A stretch of 64,000 nucleotides of DNA from an uncultured Bacilli bacterium (GCA_944358775.1 CALVRU010000001.1:3888-67887); one strand, 5' to 3'. Positions 13,202 through 25,297 are shown, counted from the stretch's first letter. Translations and numbers: made by a program. The notes: generated from the letters alone by a model not told the origin.

Positions 13202-13384
13202 TTAGCGGACAATATAATTAACGACTGCACCCCCAGACGGAAGCGGTGTACGAACGGGTTCATCCGATCCATCAATTCCCATGTTATGAGCTTGAATAAC
13301 GATAATGATAATCGCAATCGCAAAAATACAAAGTAACAAAATCATTTCGCCTAAACCCCAGCCACGTTCATTCAACTTTCTCAT
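13202..13384 (-). CDS. small protein (60 aa) with prepilin-like class III signal-peptide-like N-terminus (MRKLNERG/WGLGEMILLLCIFAIAIIIIVIQA)
   Basis: Own extended -10 promoter, AAGGAG RBS 7 nt upstream of the ATG, and own terminator. Short basic leader ending in G, Glu at +5, then a 20-residue hydrophobic stretch (compare GFTLIEM of ComGC/pseudopilins). Confidence 0.55.
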   Translation of the reverse strand: MRKLNERGWGLGEMILLLCIFAIAIIIIVIQAHNMGIDGSDEPVRTPLPSGGAVVNYIVR

Positions 13385-13401
13385 AACCTCACTCCTTGTA
13401 A

Positions 13402-13426
13402 AAGCATTATAACATATTTTATGCCA
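13402..13426 (-). promoter_or_regulatory. extended -10 promoter (TGtTATAAT) for the 60-aa ORF
   Basis: Minus strand ttggcataaaatatgttataat located between the rpoC terminator and the AAGGAG RBS. Confidence 0.55.
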
Positions 13427-13451
13427 AGAAAAAAGATAGATTTCTCTATCT
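13426..13451 (-). terminator. rho-independent terminator of rpoC
   Basis: Minus-strand agatagagaaatctatct followed by tttttt, immediately after the rpoC stop at 13452. Confidence 0.75.
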
Positions 13452-16400
13452 TTATTCCATAAATTGATCTTCTAATGCTTCTAAAGGTTCCTCATCTGTA
13501 AATTGACTTTTTAATTCATACTCGACATTCTTATATTTCTTAAGACCTGTTCCAGCTGGAATCAATTTACCAATGATGACATTCTCTTTTAAGCCTTGTA
13601 AGTGATCGACTTTACCACGAATAGCAGCATCCGTTAAGATTCTTGTCGTCTCTTGGAACGAAGCAGCTGATAAGAACGATTCTGTTTCAAGAGCAGCTTT
13701 CGTAATACCAAGAAGAACTGGTCTACCTAAAGCTGGTTTCTTACCACGGATAATGACTTCTTTATTACCATCTGTAAATTCATGATAATTAACAAGGCTA
13801 CCTGGTAAGAATCTCGTATCACCAGATTCGATAATCTTAATACGGTTGATCATTCGACTAGCGATTACTTCGATATGTTTATCAGAAATGTCAACACCTT
13901 GTGAACGATACGTATATTGAACTTCTTTTAAGATGTATTCTTGCGTAGTAAGTGGATCCGTAACAGCAAGCAATTCTTTTGGATTGATTGCTCCTTCTGT
14001 TAACTTGTCACCTGCTGATACCGTATCACCGATAGCTACTCTTAGTTTTGCACCATAAGTAGTTACATGTTCTTTCGTCTCAAGATCATTAGCAATACTG
14101 ATCTTATATTTACCATGTTCATCTTCAATCTTGGTCACTTTACCATCGATCTCGGCGATCGCTGCATGACCTTTAGGATTCCGTGCTTCAAACAATTCTT
14201 GAACACGTGGAAGACCTTGGGTAATATCTTCTCCACCGGCAACACCACCGTTGTGGAAAGTTCTCATGGTTAACTGAGTACCTGGCTCACCGATTGATTG
14301 GGCAGCCATAATACCGATTGCTTCACCAATTTCAACCAAGTTACCAGTTGCAAGGTTACGACCATAACATTTTTGACATACACCATTATGAGTATTACAA
14401 GTAAGAATGGTTCGAATTTCAACTTCTTCGATACCAGCTGCAACGATCTTCTCGGCAATTGGTTCCGTAATATAAGTCAACTTCTCACAAATAACTTCTT
14501 TCGTCTTTGGATCGACGACTTTCTTATTTGTAAACCGACCGATAATACGATCATATAAACTTTCGATAACCGCACCTGTTTTATCATTCAAGAAAGCTCG
14601 AACAATAACACCATTTTCGGTTCCGCAATCTTCTTCTTTCACAATCATATCTTGGCTGACATCGACCAAACGCCTCGTCAAATATCCAGAGTCTGCAGTT
14701 CTTAATGCGGTATCGGCACTACCTTTACGAGAGCCGTGACTTGACAAGAAGAATTCCGATACCGAAAGTCCTTCACGGAAGTTCGAAAGAACTGGGATTT
14801 CCACAGGCTCACCATTTGGTTTTGCCATAAGTCCACGCATACCAGCAACCTGTGTAAACTGTGCAATACTACCACGTGCTTTCGAATGCATCATGATGAA
14901 AATTGGATTATCCACATCTTGTTGTGAAATTGCTTCCAACTCACGTTGAACTTGGTCTTTTGCACCGTTCCATGTTTCGATTACCTTCGCTTTACGCTCA
15001 TCTTCCGTAATAAGACCTTTCTTATATTGTTTATTAATATTATTAACAGTCTTCTGAGCATCGTCGACAATCTCCTGTTTTTTATCACTGGTTACGACAT
15101 CACTGATGGAAATCGTAATACCAGAAATCGTCGAATATTTAAAGCCTAAATCTTTCATCTTATCGAGCATAATCGAAGTTTCCGTCGTCCGATAACGTTT
15201 GAAAGTTTGAGCAATGACATCTTGTAATGTACCTTTTGCAAAAGGTTTTACAAGAGGCATCTCGGCAATCGCCGCTTTAATATCCGTACCTTTTTCTAAG
15301 AAGTATTTATTCGGCGTAATCTTTTGAATATTCTCTTTCGACGGTTCATTAATATATGGGAACGAATCTGGTAAAATTTCGTTGAATTTAATCTTACCAA
15401 CCGTCGTTACCAAATATTTTCCATGTTGTTCTTCTGTAAAAATCTTATGTTTGAACGAATCGACTGGAATCGCAATTCGTGTATGTAACGTAATTTCACG
15501 ACGTTCATAAGCCATTAAAGCCTCATTCGTATCTTTGAAGATTCTACCTTCTCCTTCTAAACCAGCTTTCTCCATCGTAATATAGTAGTTACCAAGCACC
15601 ATATCTTGTCCTGGTGTTACGATTGGATCACCTGATTTTGGATGAAGGATGTTATTCGCACCTAACATAAGAATGCGGGCTTCAGCTTGCGCTTCTTCGG
15701 AAAGCGGTACGTGAACAGCCATCTGGTCACCGTCGAAATCCGCATTGAAAGCCGTACAAACAAGTGGATGCAAACGAATTGCTTTACCACCGATTAATAC
15801 TGGTTCAAATGCTTGAATACCTAAACGGTGAAGCGTTGGTGCACGGTTAAGTAGCACTGGGTGTTCTTTAATGACCTCTTCGACAACATCCCAAACAGCT
15901 GGATCTTGATTTTCGATCATTCTCTTTGCCGCTTTGATGTTATGAGCAATATCTTTTGAGACTAAACCATGAATGACATGTGGTTTAAATAATTCAAGTG
16001 CCATTTCTTTTGGAATACCACATTGATACATTTTTAGACTTGGTCCAACGACGATAACGGAACGACCAGAATAGTCGACACGTTTTCCTAGCAAGTTCTG
16101 ACGGAATCTTCCTTGTTTACCTTTTAACATACTAGATAATGACTTTAACGGACGATTTCCAGGACCTGTTACACTACGACCACGACGTCCATTATCGAAA
16201 AGAGCATCAACTGCTTCTTGAAGCATACGTTTTTCATTTTGAATAATAATCATCGGTGCACCCAAATCAATTAGCTTTTTCAAACGATTATTACGGTTGA
16301 TTACTCGACGATATAAATCATTTAAATCACTCGTCGCAAACCGACCACCATCAAGTTGAATCATTGGTCTTAAATCTGGTGGAATAACTGGAATACAATC

Positions 16401-17084
16401 TAAAATCATCCATTCAGGACGATTGCCTGATTTAGCAAACGCATCCAACACATCGATTCTCTTTAAAAGACGTGTTCTCTTTTGTCCCTGTGCATTCTCA
16501 AGTTCTTTTTCGATTTCGGCAATTTCTTTTTCTAGATCTACTTTTTTAAGTAATTCTTTAATTGCTTCAGCACCCATTCCAACACGGAAACCATTTCCAT
16601 ATTTTTCATAGTATGCACGATATTCTTTTTCAGACAAAATTTGCTTATTTTCTAAAGGTGAAATACCTTTATCAATAACAACATAACTGACAAAGTATAA
16701 TACTTCTTCCAAATCACGTGGACTCATATCAAGTACTAATCCCATTCGTGATGGCACACCTTTAAAAAACCAAATGTGCGAAACAGGACTTGCAAGTTCG
16801 ATATGTCCCATTCTCTCACGACGAACTTTCGAACGGGTTACTTCGACGCCACAACGATCACAAACGATGTTCTTATAACGAACGCGTTTATATTTTCCGC
16901 AGGCACATTCAAAATCTTTCGTTGGTCCAAAAATCTTTTCACAGAATAGACCATCCCGTTCTGGGCGAAGAGTACGGTAGTTAATCGTCTCTGGCTTTTT
17001 AACTTCCCCGTAACTCCATTCCCGAATCTTATCCGGAGATGCAATACCAATTTTAATCGCTTCAAATTTATCAACTGCTAGCAT
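13452..17084 (-). CDS. rpoC: DNA-directed RNA polymerase subunit beta-prime
   Basis: 1210 aa. NADFDGDQM catalytic motif and zinc-finger CxxC...CxxC at the N-terminus. Confidence 0.97.
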   Translation of the reverse strand: MLAVDKFEAIKIGIASPDKIREWSYGEVKKPETINYRTLRPERDGLFCEKIFGPTKDFECACGKYKRVRYKNIVCDRCGVEVTRSKVRRERMGHIELASPVSHIWFFKGVPSRMGLVLDMSPRDLEEVLYFVSYVVIDKGISPLENKQILSEKEYRAYYEKYGNGFRVGMGAEAIKELLKKVDLEKEIAEIEKELENAQGQKRTRLLKRIDVLDAFAKSGNRPEWMILDCIPVIPPDLRPMIQLDGGRFATSDLNDLYRRVINRNNRLKKLIDLGAPMIIIQNEKRMLQEAVDALFDNGRRGRSVTGPGNRPLKSLSSMLKGKQGRFRQNLLGKRVDYSGRSVIVVGPSLKMYQCGIPKEMALELFKPHVIHGLVSKDIAHNIKAAKRMIENQDPAVWDVVEEVIKEHPVLLNRAPTLHRLGIQAFEPVLIGGKAIRLHPLVCTAFNADFDGDQMAVHVPLSEEAQAEARILMLGANNILHPKSGDPIVTPGQDMVLGNYYITMEKAGLEGEGRIFKDTNEALMAYERREITLHTRIAIPVDSFKHKIFTEEQHGKYLVTTVGKIKFNEILPDSFPYINEPSKENIQKITPNKYFLEKGTDIKAAIAEMPLVKPFAKGTLQDVIAQTFKRYRTTETSIMLDKMKDLGFKYSTISGITISISDVVTSDKKQEIVDDAQKTVNNINKQYKKGLITEDERKAKVIETWNGAKDQVQRELEAISQQDVDNPIFIMMHSKARGSIAQFTQVAGMRGLMAKPNGEPVEIPVLSNFREGLSVSEFFLSSHGSRKGSADTALRTADSGYLTRRLVDVSQDMIVKEEDCGTENGVIVRAFLNDKTGAVIESLYDRIIGRFTNKKVVDPKTKEVICEKLTYITEPIAEKIVAAGIEEVEIRTILTCNTHNGVCQKCYGRNLATGNLVEIGEAIGIMAAQSIGEPGTQLTMRTFHNGGVAGGEDITQGLPRVQELFEARNPKGHAAIAEIDGKVTKIEDEHGKYKISIANDLETKEHVTTYGAKLRVAIGDTVSAGDKLTEGAINPKELLAVTDPLTTQEYILKEVQYTYRSQGVDISDKHIEVIASRMINRIKIIESGDTRFLPGSLVNYHEFTDGNKEVIIRGKKPALGRPVLLGITKAALETESFLSAASFQETTRILTDAAIRGKVDHLQGLKENVIIGKLIPAGTGLKKYKNVEYELKSQFTDEEPLEALEDQFME

Positions 17085-20000
17085 TACTCATCATCTCCTT
17101 CCATAGAATCAAATTCAAAATTTTCATTATCCATAAATTCTTCTTCAAAATCATCATCGTCGTCATCGTCATCAAAAGAATCTTCTTCATCATCGTATTC
17201 TTCCTCCGAACCACTGACTTCTAATGGAATTGGTTTTTCGATTTCTTCGATGTCCGTCTTAACATCGTCTTTTGATTCTTCCTCTTCGATCTCTTTCATG
17301 TCGAGACTTCTACCCTCGTCATCGATAATGTTCATATCGAGACCTAAAGCTTGAAACTCTTTCATAAGAACACGGAAACTTTCTGGAACTCCTGCCTGAT
17401 TGATTTCTTGTCCTTTGACGATCGATTCGTAGACTTTAACACGACCGATGACATCATCGGATTTAACCGTCATCATCTCTTGTAGAGTGTGAGCAGCACC
17501 ATAAGCATAAAGTGCCCAAACTTCCATTTCTCCGAACCGCTGACCACCAAATTGCGCTTTACCACCAAGTGGTTGTTGCGTAACTAAAGAATATGGTCCT
17601 GTACTTCTCGCATGTAATTTATCGTCGACCATGTGGTGTAATTTAATCATGTACATGACACCGACACAAATTCGATTATCAAATGGTTCTCCAGTTCTTC
17701 CATCGTATAAGACCGATTTACCATCCGGATCCATTCCTGCTTCTTTCATCATTTCTGCAATATCATCCGTATTCGCACCATCGAATACTGGAGTTGCCGT
17801 ATGAACACCTAATTTTTTCGCAGCAAGTCCTAAATGCATCTCTAAAACCTGTCCTAAGTTCATACGTGATGGAACACCTTGTGGATTCAACATAATATCA
17901 ACTGGTGTACCATCTGCCAAATATGGCATATCTTCACTTGGTAAAATAAGGGAAATAACACCTTTGTTACCATGTCGACCAGACATTTTATCTCCAACTT
18001 GAATTTTTCTCTTTTGCGCAATGTAGACACGAATTACTTTACTGACACCTGCAGGTAACTCATCATTTTCTTTTCGAGAATAAATCTTGACTTCATGTAC
18101 GATACCTTCTGCACCATGTGGAACACGAAGAGATGTATCACGAACTTCACGTGTTTTTTCACCGAAAATAGCATGTAACAATTTTTCTTCCGAAGTAAGT
18201 TCAGCCATTCCTTTTGGTGTTACTTTACCAACTAAGATATCGCCTTCTTTCACTTCTGTACCAACGACGACAATACCATTTTCATCAAGGTTTTTACGAG
18301 CTTCCTCACTGACGTTTGGAATATCACGAGTAATTTCTTCTGGTCCTAATTTCGTTTCCCGACATTGCATTTCGTAATCTTCAATATGAATCGAAGTATA
18401 AGCATCATCGCGAACTAATTTTTCATTTAAGATAACGGCATCCTCATAGTTATATCCGTTGAACGTCATAAATGCAACGACGACGTTTTTACCTAATGCA
18501 AGTTCACCTTTATCCATACTAGGACCATCGGCAATGACATGTCCCATTTTAACTTCTTCGCCAACTTTGACGATTGGACGATGATGGTAACAAGAATCTT
18601 GGTTACTCTCTTCGAAATTGGCAAGATAATATGTATCTTTTCCTGTTTTATTTTTAACGACAATTCGTTTCGCATCGACATACTCGACAACACCGTCGGC
18701 TTTCGCAACAACTGCTGCTCCAGAATCCCGGGCTGCAATATATTCGACACCGGTTCCAACAAAAGGTGCTTCTGCTTTTAAAAGTGGTACCGACTGACGT
18801 TGCATGTTAGCACCCATCAAAGCACGGTTCGCATCGTCGTGTTCCAAGAATGGAATACAGCTCGTCGTCACCGCAACTACTTGTTGAGGTGATACGTCGA
18901 TGTAATCTACTTGTTCTGGTTTTGCTAAAATATTTTCACCACGATAACGAGCAGATACGCGATGAGCAATAATATTGTTATCTTCATCCGTATCGACAGT
19001 CGCTTCTGAAATAATTAAATCCATCTCTTCATCGGCCGTCAAATAACGAATTTCATCCGTAATATGACAGTTTTCCACTTTTCGATATGGCGTCATAATA
19101 AATCCGTATTCATCTACTTTCGCATAACTTGCAAGCGAGGTAATAAGTCCAATGTTCGGTCCTTCTGGTGACTCAACTGGACAAATACGACCATAGTGTG
19201 ATGGGTTAACGTCACGAACTTCCATACCTGCACGATCACGAGATAATCCACCTGGACCTAATGCAGATAAACGACGTTTGTGCGTTAATTCCGAAATCGG
19301 ATTAATCTGATCCATGAATTGCGACAATTGGCTACTACCAAAGAATTCTTTCATCGCTGCCGTAACTGGACGAATATTAATCAAAGTCTTCGGTGTTACT
19401 TCTTCCATCTCTTGAGTAGTCATTCGCTCACGAATTACTCGCTCCATCCGACTGACACCAATGCGGAATTGGTTTTGTAAAAGTTCTCCCACTTGACGCA
19501 CACGACGATTACCTAAATGATCGATTTCATCAAAATTACCAAATCCATCTAATAAATTCAAATAATAAGAAACCGCCGCATAAACATCGGAAATCGTAAG
19601 TCTCTTTACTTCGATCGATTGATCGTTACCGATGATCGTAATTGTCTTCTTCTTATCTGTCGGATCGACGATTTTAATTTCTTGTACTTTATTATAAGAA
19701 TCTAATTCTTCATTTATTTTAACTTCTTTTAATCCGTACCCTGCTACAATTACTGGACGTAATTCTTCAATTAAATCCTTCGTTACAACCGTTCCTTTTT
19801 CGGCATAAACTTTATCTTCCCATTTAATATCTTCTGCTAAAGTTTGTCCTAAAAGACGATCTAAAACATTCAATTTACGGTTGAATTTATAACGACCAAC
19901 GCGCGCTAAATCATAACGGAATTCATCAAAGAAACGCGTAATAATATGGTTCTTCGAAGAATCTAAAGTAGCTGGTTCTCCTGGTCTTAATTTTTCATAA

Positions 20001-20707
20001 ATTTCAATTAATGCTTCATCTAAATTACGAGTCGAATCCTTTGCAATCGTATTTTCAAGATAAGCATTTTTACCAAATACTTGATAAATATCTTCATCGG
20101 TCGATAACCCAAACGCTCTTAAAAGAGTCGTTAAAGTTACTTTTCTCGTCCGATCGATTCGAACATATAAAACGTCTCTTGCATCCGCTTCGAATTCAAG
20201 CCATGTTCCACGTGTTGGAATAATTTGTGACGTAATTAATTCCCGACCATTTTTATCGATTTCACGATTAAAATACACACTTGGTGAACGTACCAACTGC
20301 GATACAATAACCCGTTCTGCTCCATTGATAACGAACGTTCCACTATCCGTCATAATCGGCATATCACCCATGAAAATTTCTTGTTCTTTGACTTCGCCTG
20401 TCTCATGGTTAAAAAGCCGTACCTCTACTTTTAAAGGAGCCGCATAATTCGTCTCACGATCCTTACATTCTTTAATAGAATATCTCGGTTCATCAAAATG
20501 ATAATCACCAAATTCCAACGACAAAGTTCCCGAAAAGTTTTCCACTGGGAATAAATCATCAAAAACTTCCTTAATTCCTTCCTCTACAAACCAACGATAA
20601 GATTTTGTTTGAATTTCCAACAAATCTTTAAGGTTGAACGTATTTTTTATTTTTGAGAAATTTCTTCTTTTTCTGTAATCTCCACAATCCACAATTTTAT
20701 ATGCCAC
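17084..20707 (-). CDS. rpoB: DNA-directed RNA polymerase subunit beta (with long acidic C-terminal tail)
   Basis: 1207 aa. Conserved RpoB blocks. C-terminal D/E-rich extension as in many Firmicutes. Confidence 0.97.
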   Translation of the reverse strand: MAYKIVDCGDYRKRRNFSKIKNTFNLKDLLEIQTKSYRWFVEEGIKEVFDDLFPVENFSGTLSLEFGDYHFDEPRYSIKECKDRETNYAAPLKVEVRLFNHETGEVKEQEIFMGDMPIMTDSGTFVINGAERVIVSQLVRSPSVYFNREIDKNGRELITSQIIPTRGTWLEFEADARDVLYVRIDRTRKVTLTTLLRAFGLSTDEDIYQVFGKNAYLENTIAKDSTRNLDEALIEIYEKLRPGEPATLDSSKNHIITRFFDEFRYDLARVGRYKFNRKLNVLDRLLGQTLAEDIKWEDKVYAEKGTVVTKDLIEELRPVIVAGYGLKEVKINEELDSYNKVQEIKIVDPTDKKKTITIIGNDQSIEVKRLTISDVYAAVSYYLNLLDGFGNFDEIDHLGNRRVRQVGELLQNQFRIGVSRMERVIRERMTTQEMEEVTPKTLINIRPVTAAMKEFFGSSQLSQFMDQINPISELTHKRRLSALGPGGLSRDRAGMEVRDVNPSHYGRICPVESPEGPNIGLITSLASYAKVDEYGFIMTPYRKVENCHITDEIRYLTADEEMDLIISEATVDTDEDNNIIAHRVSARYRGENILAKPEQVDYIDVSPQQVVAVTTSCIPFLEHDDANRALMGANMQRQSVPLLKAEAPFVGTGVEYIAARDSGAAVVAKADGVVEYVDAKRIVVKNKTGKDTYYLANFEESNQDSCYHHRPIVKVGEEVKMGHVIADGPSMDKGELALGKNVVVAFMTFNGYNYEDAVILNEKLVRDDAYTSIHIEDYEMQCRETKLGPEEITRDIPNVSEEARKNLDENGIVVVGTEVKEGDILVGKVTPKGMAELTSEEKLLHAIFGEKTREVRDTSLRVPHGAEGIVHEVKIYSRKENDELPAGVSKVIRVYIAQKRKIQVGDKMSGRHGNKGVISLILPSEDMPYLADGTPVDIMLNPQGVPSRMNLGQVLEMHLGLAAKKLGVHTATPVFDGANTDDIAEMMKEAGMDPDGKSVLYDGRTGEPFDNRICVGVMYMIKLHHMVDDKLHARSTGPYSLVTQQPLGGKAQFGGQRFGEMEVWALYAYGAAHTLQEMMTVKSDDVIGRVKVYESIVKGQEINQAGVPESFRVLMKEFQALGLDMNIIDDEGRSLDMKEIEEEESKDDVKTDIEEIEKPIPLEVSGSEEEYDDEEDSFDDDDDDDDFEEEFMDNENFEFDSMEGDDE

Positions 20708-20807
20708 TAAAATTCACCCCATCACTTATTTTTCTTCAAAGAACATATTTTTTCGGTCAAGATAATACGTTGCCAATTTATATTAATAACATAATTTAAT
20801 CAACAAG

Positions 20808-21398
20808 TCAATCAAAATCGCATCGAATCACAAAAAATCCTTTTATTTTATTAACGATACTAACATGATAATATTTTTCCATGTCGGAAAGAATCGATTT
20901 TGCCCCCTGTTCTTTTCGAACAACAAAATACAGTGCCCCTTTTTTAGAGAGATGATCACGAGCTCCTAACAAAAAGTCATACACTACCTTTTTCCCCGCT
21001 CGAATCGGAGGATTCGTAATAATCAGATCAAATTTTTGATCCTTCAAGCCCGCATAAACATCACTCTCTAATACCGTCGCCGAAGTCACTCCATTTTTTT
21101 CTAAGTTTCTTCGAGCCAAATGCAAAGCCCGTCGATTCACATCGCACATCGTCAACTTTGCTTCCGTAACTTTACCTAGAATAACACCGACAACTCCATA
21201 ACCGCATCCCAAATCCAAAACTTCACCATGCACTTCAGTAAGCGGAATGTTCTCTAATAAAACACGCGTTCCAAAATCTAATCCTCTCTTGGAAAAAACA
21301 CCATTATCCGTCGTAAAAGTAAAAAGATGTCCAAACATTCCAACCTGGTAATCATGCATATTACTAGGTAACTTCTCATTCGTAAAATACTGACCCAA
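20808..21398 (-). CDS. class I SAM-dependent methyltransferase, YbxB/RsmC-like (TTG start inferred)
   Basis: 196 aa. VLDLGCGYG SAM motif and ITNPPI motif. Same position as ybxB upstream of rpoB in Bacillus. Confidence 0.75.
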   Translation of the reverse strand: MGQYFTNEKLPSNMHDYQVGMFGHLFTFTTDNGVFSKRGLDFGTRVLLENIPLTEVHGEVLDLGCGYGVVGVILGKVTEAKLTMCDVNRRALHLARRNLEKNGVTSATVLESDVYAGLKDQKFDLIITNPPIRAGKKVVYDFLLGARDHLSKKGALYFVVRKEQGAKSILSDMEKYYHVSIVNKIKGFFVIRCDFD

Positions 21399-21521
21399 AC
21401 GAAATCAACCCCTAAAACAAGAAAAGAACTAACCTACATAAAAGATAAGTTAGTTCTCCTTTCGTACCAATATGATACACTAAATTTTACAATTGGTCAA
21501 CCCTAAATTTGCAAAGAAACT
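21399..21521 (-). promoter_or_regulatory. leader of ybxB-rpoBC: TTGACC-17-TATCAT promoter followed by an 8-bp-stem hairpin plus U-run (possible attenuator)
   Basis: Minus strand ttgaccaattgtaaaatttagtgtatcat ... gaactaacttatcttttatgtaggttagttcttttcttgtttt. Confidence 0.4.
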
Positions 21522-22064
21522 CTAATCAACAGTAATTGCTTCGATCTTTAAAACGACACCATTTTGATTATACGTATATACTTCTCCCTTCGTAGAATCA
21601 CTACCGACAACAGTAACTTCTACGTTGCCAGCTTCCGTTGTTTTAATACTCGTAATTCTACTAGCACTACTATTGTAACCACTAAAAATCTTTTGATTAC
21701 CTAAAAATAATGCCCATTTATCATTGCTATTCGTTGTTACCGCCGGTGCATATTCAATATAAGTTTTTTTATCATTCAGATTAATCTTATAACATTGACT
21801 TCTCGTAGTATCCGTAATCGTAATATCCGTATACACTTGATCCGTACCACAAGCATTATAGGCAGTAAGATCTTCATTATCTTCAATAATTGGTGTTGGT
21901 GTAGGTATTACTTCATCATTATTGTTTTCTGAATAATTTCCATTTTGTTCAGATAAGTAAAAATACATTCCCAATGCACCAAGTAGAAAAAAGATAATTG
22001 CAATCATACAAGCCAAAATAACCGTTCCTTTAAATTGTTGGCTGACTTCTTTTTTATTGGCCAT
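21522..22064 (-). CDS. hypothetical membrane-anchored/secreted protein (180 aa), possible SipW-type signal (LGALGMYFYLSEQ)
   Basis: N-terminal basic region plus TM/signal helix. Thr/Ser/Asn-rich extracellular part. Own promoter after the rplL terminator. Sits between rplL and ybxB. Confidence 0.6.
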   Translation of the reverse strand: MANKKEVSQQFKGTVILACMIAIIFFLLGALGMYFYLSEQNGNYSENNNDEVIPTPTPIIEDNEDLTAYNACGTDQVYTDITITDTTRSQCYKINLNDKKTYIEYAPAVTTNSNDKWALFLGNQKIFSGYNSSASRITSIKTTEAGNVEVTVVGSDSTKGEVYTYNQNGVVLKIEAITVD

Positions 22065-22107
22065 ACTTTTCCCTCCTATGATACATTAAATATAACAAAA
22101 AGTAAGA

Positions 22108-22143
22108 AAAAAGTAAAGCAAAAGGATTGGTTCCCCAATCCTT
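22108..22143 (-). terminator. rho-independent terminator of rplL
   Basis: Minus-strand aggattggggaaccaatcct followed by a U-rich run. Confidence 0.7.
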
Positions 22144-22162
22144 TCTATTCATTTGGCGTCGA

Positions 22163-22534
22163 TTATTTTACTTCGACTTCAGCGCCAGCTTCTTCAAGCT
22201 TAGCTTTGATGTCAGCAGCTTCATCTTTTGAAATGTTCTCTTTTACAGCACCGCCGTTATCAGCGATATCTTTAGACTCTTTTAAACCAAGACCAGTAAT
22301 TTCTTTAATTACTTTGATAACTTGAACTTTAGCAGCTCCAGCATTTACTAAAGTAACTGTAACTGTAGAAGGTCCGTCATCTTGAGTAGCACCAGCTACT
22401 GGAGCAGCAGCAACTGCTACAGAACTTGGATCAATACCAAATTCATCTTTCATTGCCTCTACTAAATCATTAATTTCTAAAAGAGTCATTTCTTTTAAAG
22501 CGCTAATAAATTCATCTCTTGTTAATTTTGCCAT
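22163..22534 (-). CDS. rplL: 50S ribosomal protein L7/L12
   Basis: 123 aa. Ala-rich hinge and conserved C-terminal domain. Confidence 0.95.
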   Translation of the reverse strand: MAKLTRDEFISALKEMTLLEINDLVEAMKDEFGIDPSSVAVAAAPVAGATQDDGPSTVTVTLVNAGAAKVQVIKVIKEITGLGLKESKDIADNGGAVKENISKDEAADIKAKLEEAGAEVEVK

Positions 22535-22564
22535 TTTATTTTCCTCCTTATAATCAAATTAAAA

Positions 22565-23059
22565 TTATTTTTCTTCTTTTTCTTTTGCGTATAAATCTAA
22601 GCAGATAGCCAAATTCTTTGGAATTTGCATCATACCACCAGCAAGCATTGTGAGTAATCCATCGCGTGATGGGATATTTGCTAATTTTGCAAGTTGAGCT
22701 TGATCCGAAATAACTCCGTCCACAACTCCTACTTTTAAAATCAATGCATCGTGGTTTTTGGCAAAGTCCGATAAAACTTTGATTGGTGCAACTTGATCTG
22801 TTCCGAATGCTAATGCACTAGGTCCTACCAAATTTGCATCGATATCGACATTAAGATCAGCAAAGGCTCTTGCCATCAAAGTATTTTTATATACTTTGTA
22901 ATCAGAACCAGTTTCTCTAAGTTTTCTTCTTAACTCTTTTGACTCGCCATCTGTTAGACCACGATAATCGAAAAGAACATAAGTAGAAGCACTTTGAACA
23001 TTGTTCTTAATCTCATCGATTGTTTTTTGCTTAGCTGCTAAAATCTTTGCACTTGCCAT
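22565..23059 (-). CDS. rplJ: 50S ribosomal protein L10
   Basis: 164 aa, upstream of rplL. Confidence 0.9.
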   Translation of the reverse strand: MASAKILAAKQKTIDEIKNNVQSASTYVLFDYRGLTDGESKELRRKLRETGSDYKVYKNTLMARAFADLNVDIDANLVGPSALAFGTDQVAPIKVLSDFAKNHDALILKVGVVDGVISDQAQLAKLANIPSRDGLLTMLAGGMMQIPKNLAICLDLYAKEKEEK

Positions 23060-23224
23060 GTTTCGACCGCCTTTCTTTTAAATTTTAGGAGCGCCATAAA
23101 AAAGGTCTTTTATCCATAGACAAAAGACCTCTCTTTACTAAAAAAGTAGTCCTCGGTAGGATTTACTTTTATACCTACTGTCTATGGCACCAATAAAATT
23201 AAATTTATTATATAACGATTGCAA
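23060..23224 (-). ncRNA. candidate ribosomal protein L10 (rplJ) leader / autoregulatory attenuator
   Basis: 165-nt untranslated leader between rplA and rplJ. It contains a hairpin (ggtcttttgtctatggataaaagacc) followed by a U-run, as in Firmicutes L10 leaders. Confidence 0.45.
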
Positions 23225-23923
23225 TTATTTGTCAAAGTCATTTGTCATGATTTTAATACCAGGACCCATCGTAGTTGCAATCGAAATATTCTTAACGTAA
23301 TCTCCTTTTACAGTTGTAGGCTTAATTTTAAGTAAATTCGCTACAAATGCATTTAAGTTATCAAGTAAATCTGCTTCACTGAAAGAGACTTTACCAATAA
23401 TTCCATGAACGTTTCCAAAACTATCTGTACGGTATTCAACACGTCCAGCTTTTACTTCGTTCACAGCTTTGACGACATCTGTTGTAACTGTTCCCGTTTT
23501 AGGGTTTGGCATTAGACCTTTTGGTCCTAAAACACGACCTAGTTTACCAAGAAGTGGCATCATATCAGGAGTTGCGATCATAACATCGAAATCGAACCAA
23601 TTTTCTTTTTCGATTTTTTCTAACATATCGACATCTCCAACATAATCTGCTCCAGCCTCTTGTGCTTTCTTCGCATTCTCGCCACGAGCAACTACTAAAA
23701 CTTTTTTCGTTTTACCAGTTCCATGTGGTAGTACGATTGCTCCTCTTAATTGTTGATCAGCTTTTTTCGTATCTAGATTAAGACGAACTGCAACTTCGAC
23801 CGTTGCATCAAACTTACTAACAGAAGTAGTCTTTACTAACTTAACAGCTTCTTCTTTTGAATAAAGTTTTCCTTTTTCAACATTTTTAGAAGCTTCAAGA
23901 TATTTCTTTCCTCTATGTTTCAT
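23225..23923 (-). CDS. rplA: 50S ribosomal protein L1
   Basis: 232 aa, conserved L1 sequence. Confidence 0.95.
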   Translation of the reverse strand: MKHRGKKYLEASKNVEKGKLYSKEEAVKLVKTTSVSKFDATVEVAVRLNLDTKKADQQLRGAIVLPHGTGKTKKVLVVARGENAKKAQEAGADYVGDVDMLEKIEKENWFDFDVMIATPDMMPLLGKLGRVLGPKGLMPNPKTGTVTTDVVKAVNEVKAGRVEYRTDSFGNVHGIIGKVSFSEADLLDNLNAFVANLLKIKPTTVKGDYVKNISIATTMGPGIKIMTNDFDK

Positions 23924-24001
23924 TCTTTAATTCCTCCTTATGTGGTAAAAAGCGGATAATTCCTCCCACATAGGTATAAACCTATATGTGTTAAGAACAA
24001 A

Positions 24002-24589
24002 TTAATTTTCTTCTTTTTTCTCGTCTTCGACGACTGGAACTTCAGGCGTTGCTTCTTTGTTTTGTTGTGCTTCTTCCATCTCAGCAAGTTCTGCTTCACG
24101 CTCAGCCATTTCTTTTTCTTCCTCTAAAGCTTCTTTCGCTTGTTCTTGAAGTTCAACATCGTTAACACCTTTCACAGCAATACCCATATTACGAGCAGTA
24201 CCTTCGACGATCTTCATTGCTGCTTCGATATCGTAAGCGTTTAAATCCGGTAACTTAATCTCAGCAATTTCTCTAATTTGCTCTTTCGTCAAAGTTGCAA
24301 CAACTTCATTGGCACCTTTAACGCTACCTTTATCGATCTTTGCATATTTCTTAAGTAAGAATGGCGTAGGTGGAGTTTTAATTACAAAGTCGAAACTTCT
24401 ATCGTCATAGATCGTAATTTCAACTGGTAAAATATCTCCCATCTTATCTCTTGTCGCATCATTATACTTAGTACAAAAATCTTGTAAATTAATTCCGGCA
24501 GGTCCTAACACTGTACCAACTGGTGGTGCTGGTGTCGCTTTACCGGCTGGAATTTGTAATTTAATCTTCTTTACAACTTCTTTTGCCAC
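24002..24589 (-). CDS. rplK: 50S ribosomal protein L11 with about 55-aa acidic (Glu-rich) C-terminal extension; GTG start inferred ([25 protein letters not shown])
   Basis: L11 N-terminal [11 protein letters not shown] motif. GGAGGTG RBS 6 nt before the GTG. C-terminal [27 protein letters not shown] tail beyond the normal L11 end. Confidence 0.85.
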   Translation of the reverse strand: MAKEVVKKIKLQIPAGKATPAPPVGTVLGPAGINLQDFCTKYNDATRDKMGDILPVEITIYDDRSFDFVIKTPPTPFLLKKYAKIDKGSVKGANEVVATLTKEQIREIAEIKLPDLNAYDIEAAMKIVEGTARNMGIAVKGVNDVELQEQAKEALEEEKEMAEREAELAEMEEAQQNKEATPEVPVVEDEKKEEN

Positions 24590-24755
24590 GAAAAACACCT
24601 CCTATATTTTTATCGTTTTCGCGAGTGGTCCAAATAGCTTTGTCCGCTTTTTTCAAAGCTTTGCCTCCCACTAATACGCTATATAAAACTAAATATAGCT
24701 CTTAAATAATAACATGAATATGTCAATTAATCAACACTTTTTTCTATTTTTATCG

Positions 24756-25289
24756 TTATGCCAATTGGATTTGCGAAATTTCTACCTCGACAGAAGTCTC
24801 TTGACCAAACAAGTCGACCGATAAGACCAATTTCTGATTGGCAAGATCCACTTCATCGATGGTTCCAAACATTCCAGTAAATGGTCCGGCAATAATTTTA
24901 ACCTTCTTGCCAACTTCAAGTTCTTTATTCACATCGAGACGACTAATACCCATACTGTTCAAAATCTTATCGACTTCTTGGGGTTTCAATGGAATTGGTT
25001 TAGCTCCTTTACCACTCGATCCAATAAAACCAGTTACTCCTGGAGTATTTCGAACGACATACCAAGCTTCGTCACTCATGACCATTTCGACTAAAATATA
25101 TCCAGGAAACATTTTATGAATATGTTCTTTTTGAACACCGTCTTTTACTTCAATTTCACGTTGTTCCGGAACGATTACACGAAAGATATAATCTTTCATA
25201 TCCATCGATTCCGCACGCATCTCTAATTTTTCTTTTACTTTATTCTCATGACCAGAATAAGTATTCACTACATACCATTGTTTTTCCAT
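24756..25289 (-). CDS. nusG: transcription termination/antitermination factor NusG (start MEKQWYVVNTYSGHE)
   Basis: KOW motif region. Position between secE and rplK. Confidence 0.9.
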   Translation of the reverse strand: MEKQWYVVNTYSGHENKVKEKLEMRAESMDMKDYIFRVIVPEQREIEVKDGVQKEHIHKMFPGYILVEMVMSDEAWYVVRNTPGVTGFIGSSGKGAKPIPLKPQEVDKILNSMGISRLDVNKELEVGKKVKIIAGPFTGMFGTIDEVDLANQKLVLSVDLFGQETSVEVEISQIQLA

Positions 25290-25297
25290 CTTATCAC

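Noticed and set aside
13132-13323. 63-aa ORF reading through the poly-G tract (ending ...GGGV) and a frame overlapping the 60-aa gene.
   Set aside because: It overlaps the better-supported prepilin-like ORF and the promoter/terminator elements. Its frame would be destroyed by any tract-length change. No RBS is present.
17084-17330. Very acidic C-terminal tail of RpoB (DDDDDDDD etc.) as a possible separate feature or repeat.
   Set aside because: Acidic C-terminal extensions of RpoB are common in Firmicutes. It is part of the rpoB CDS, not a DNA repeat.
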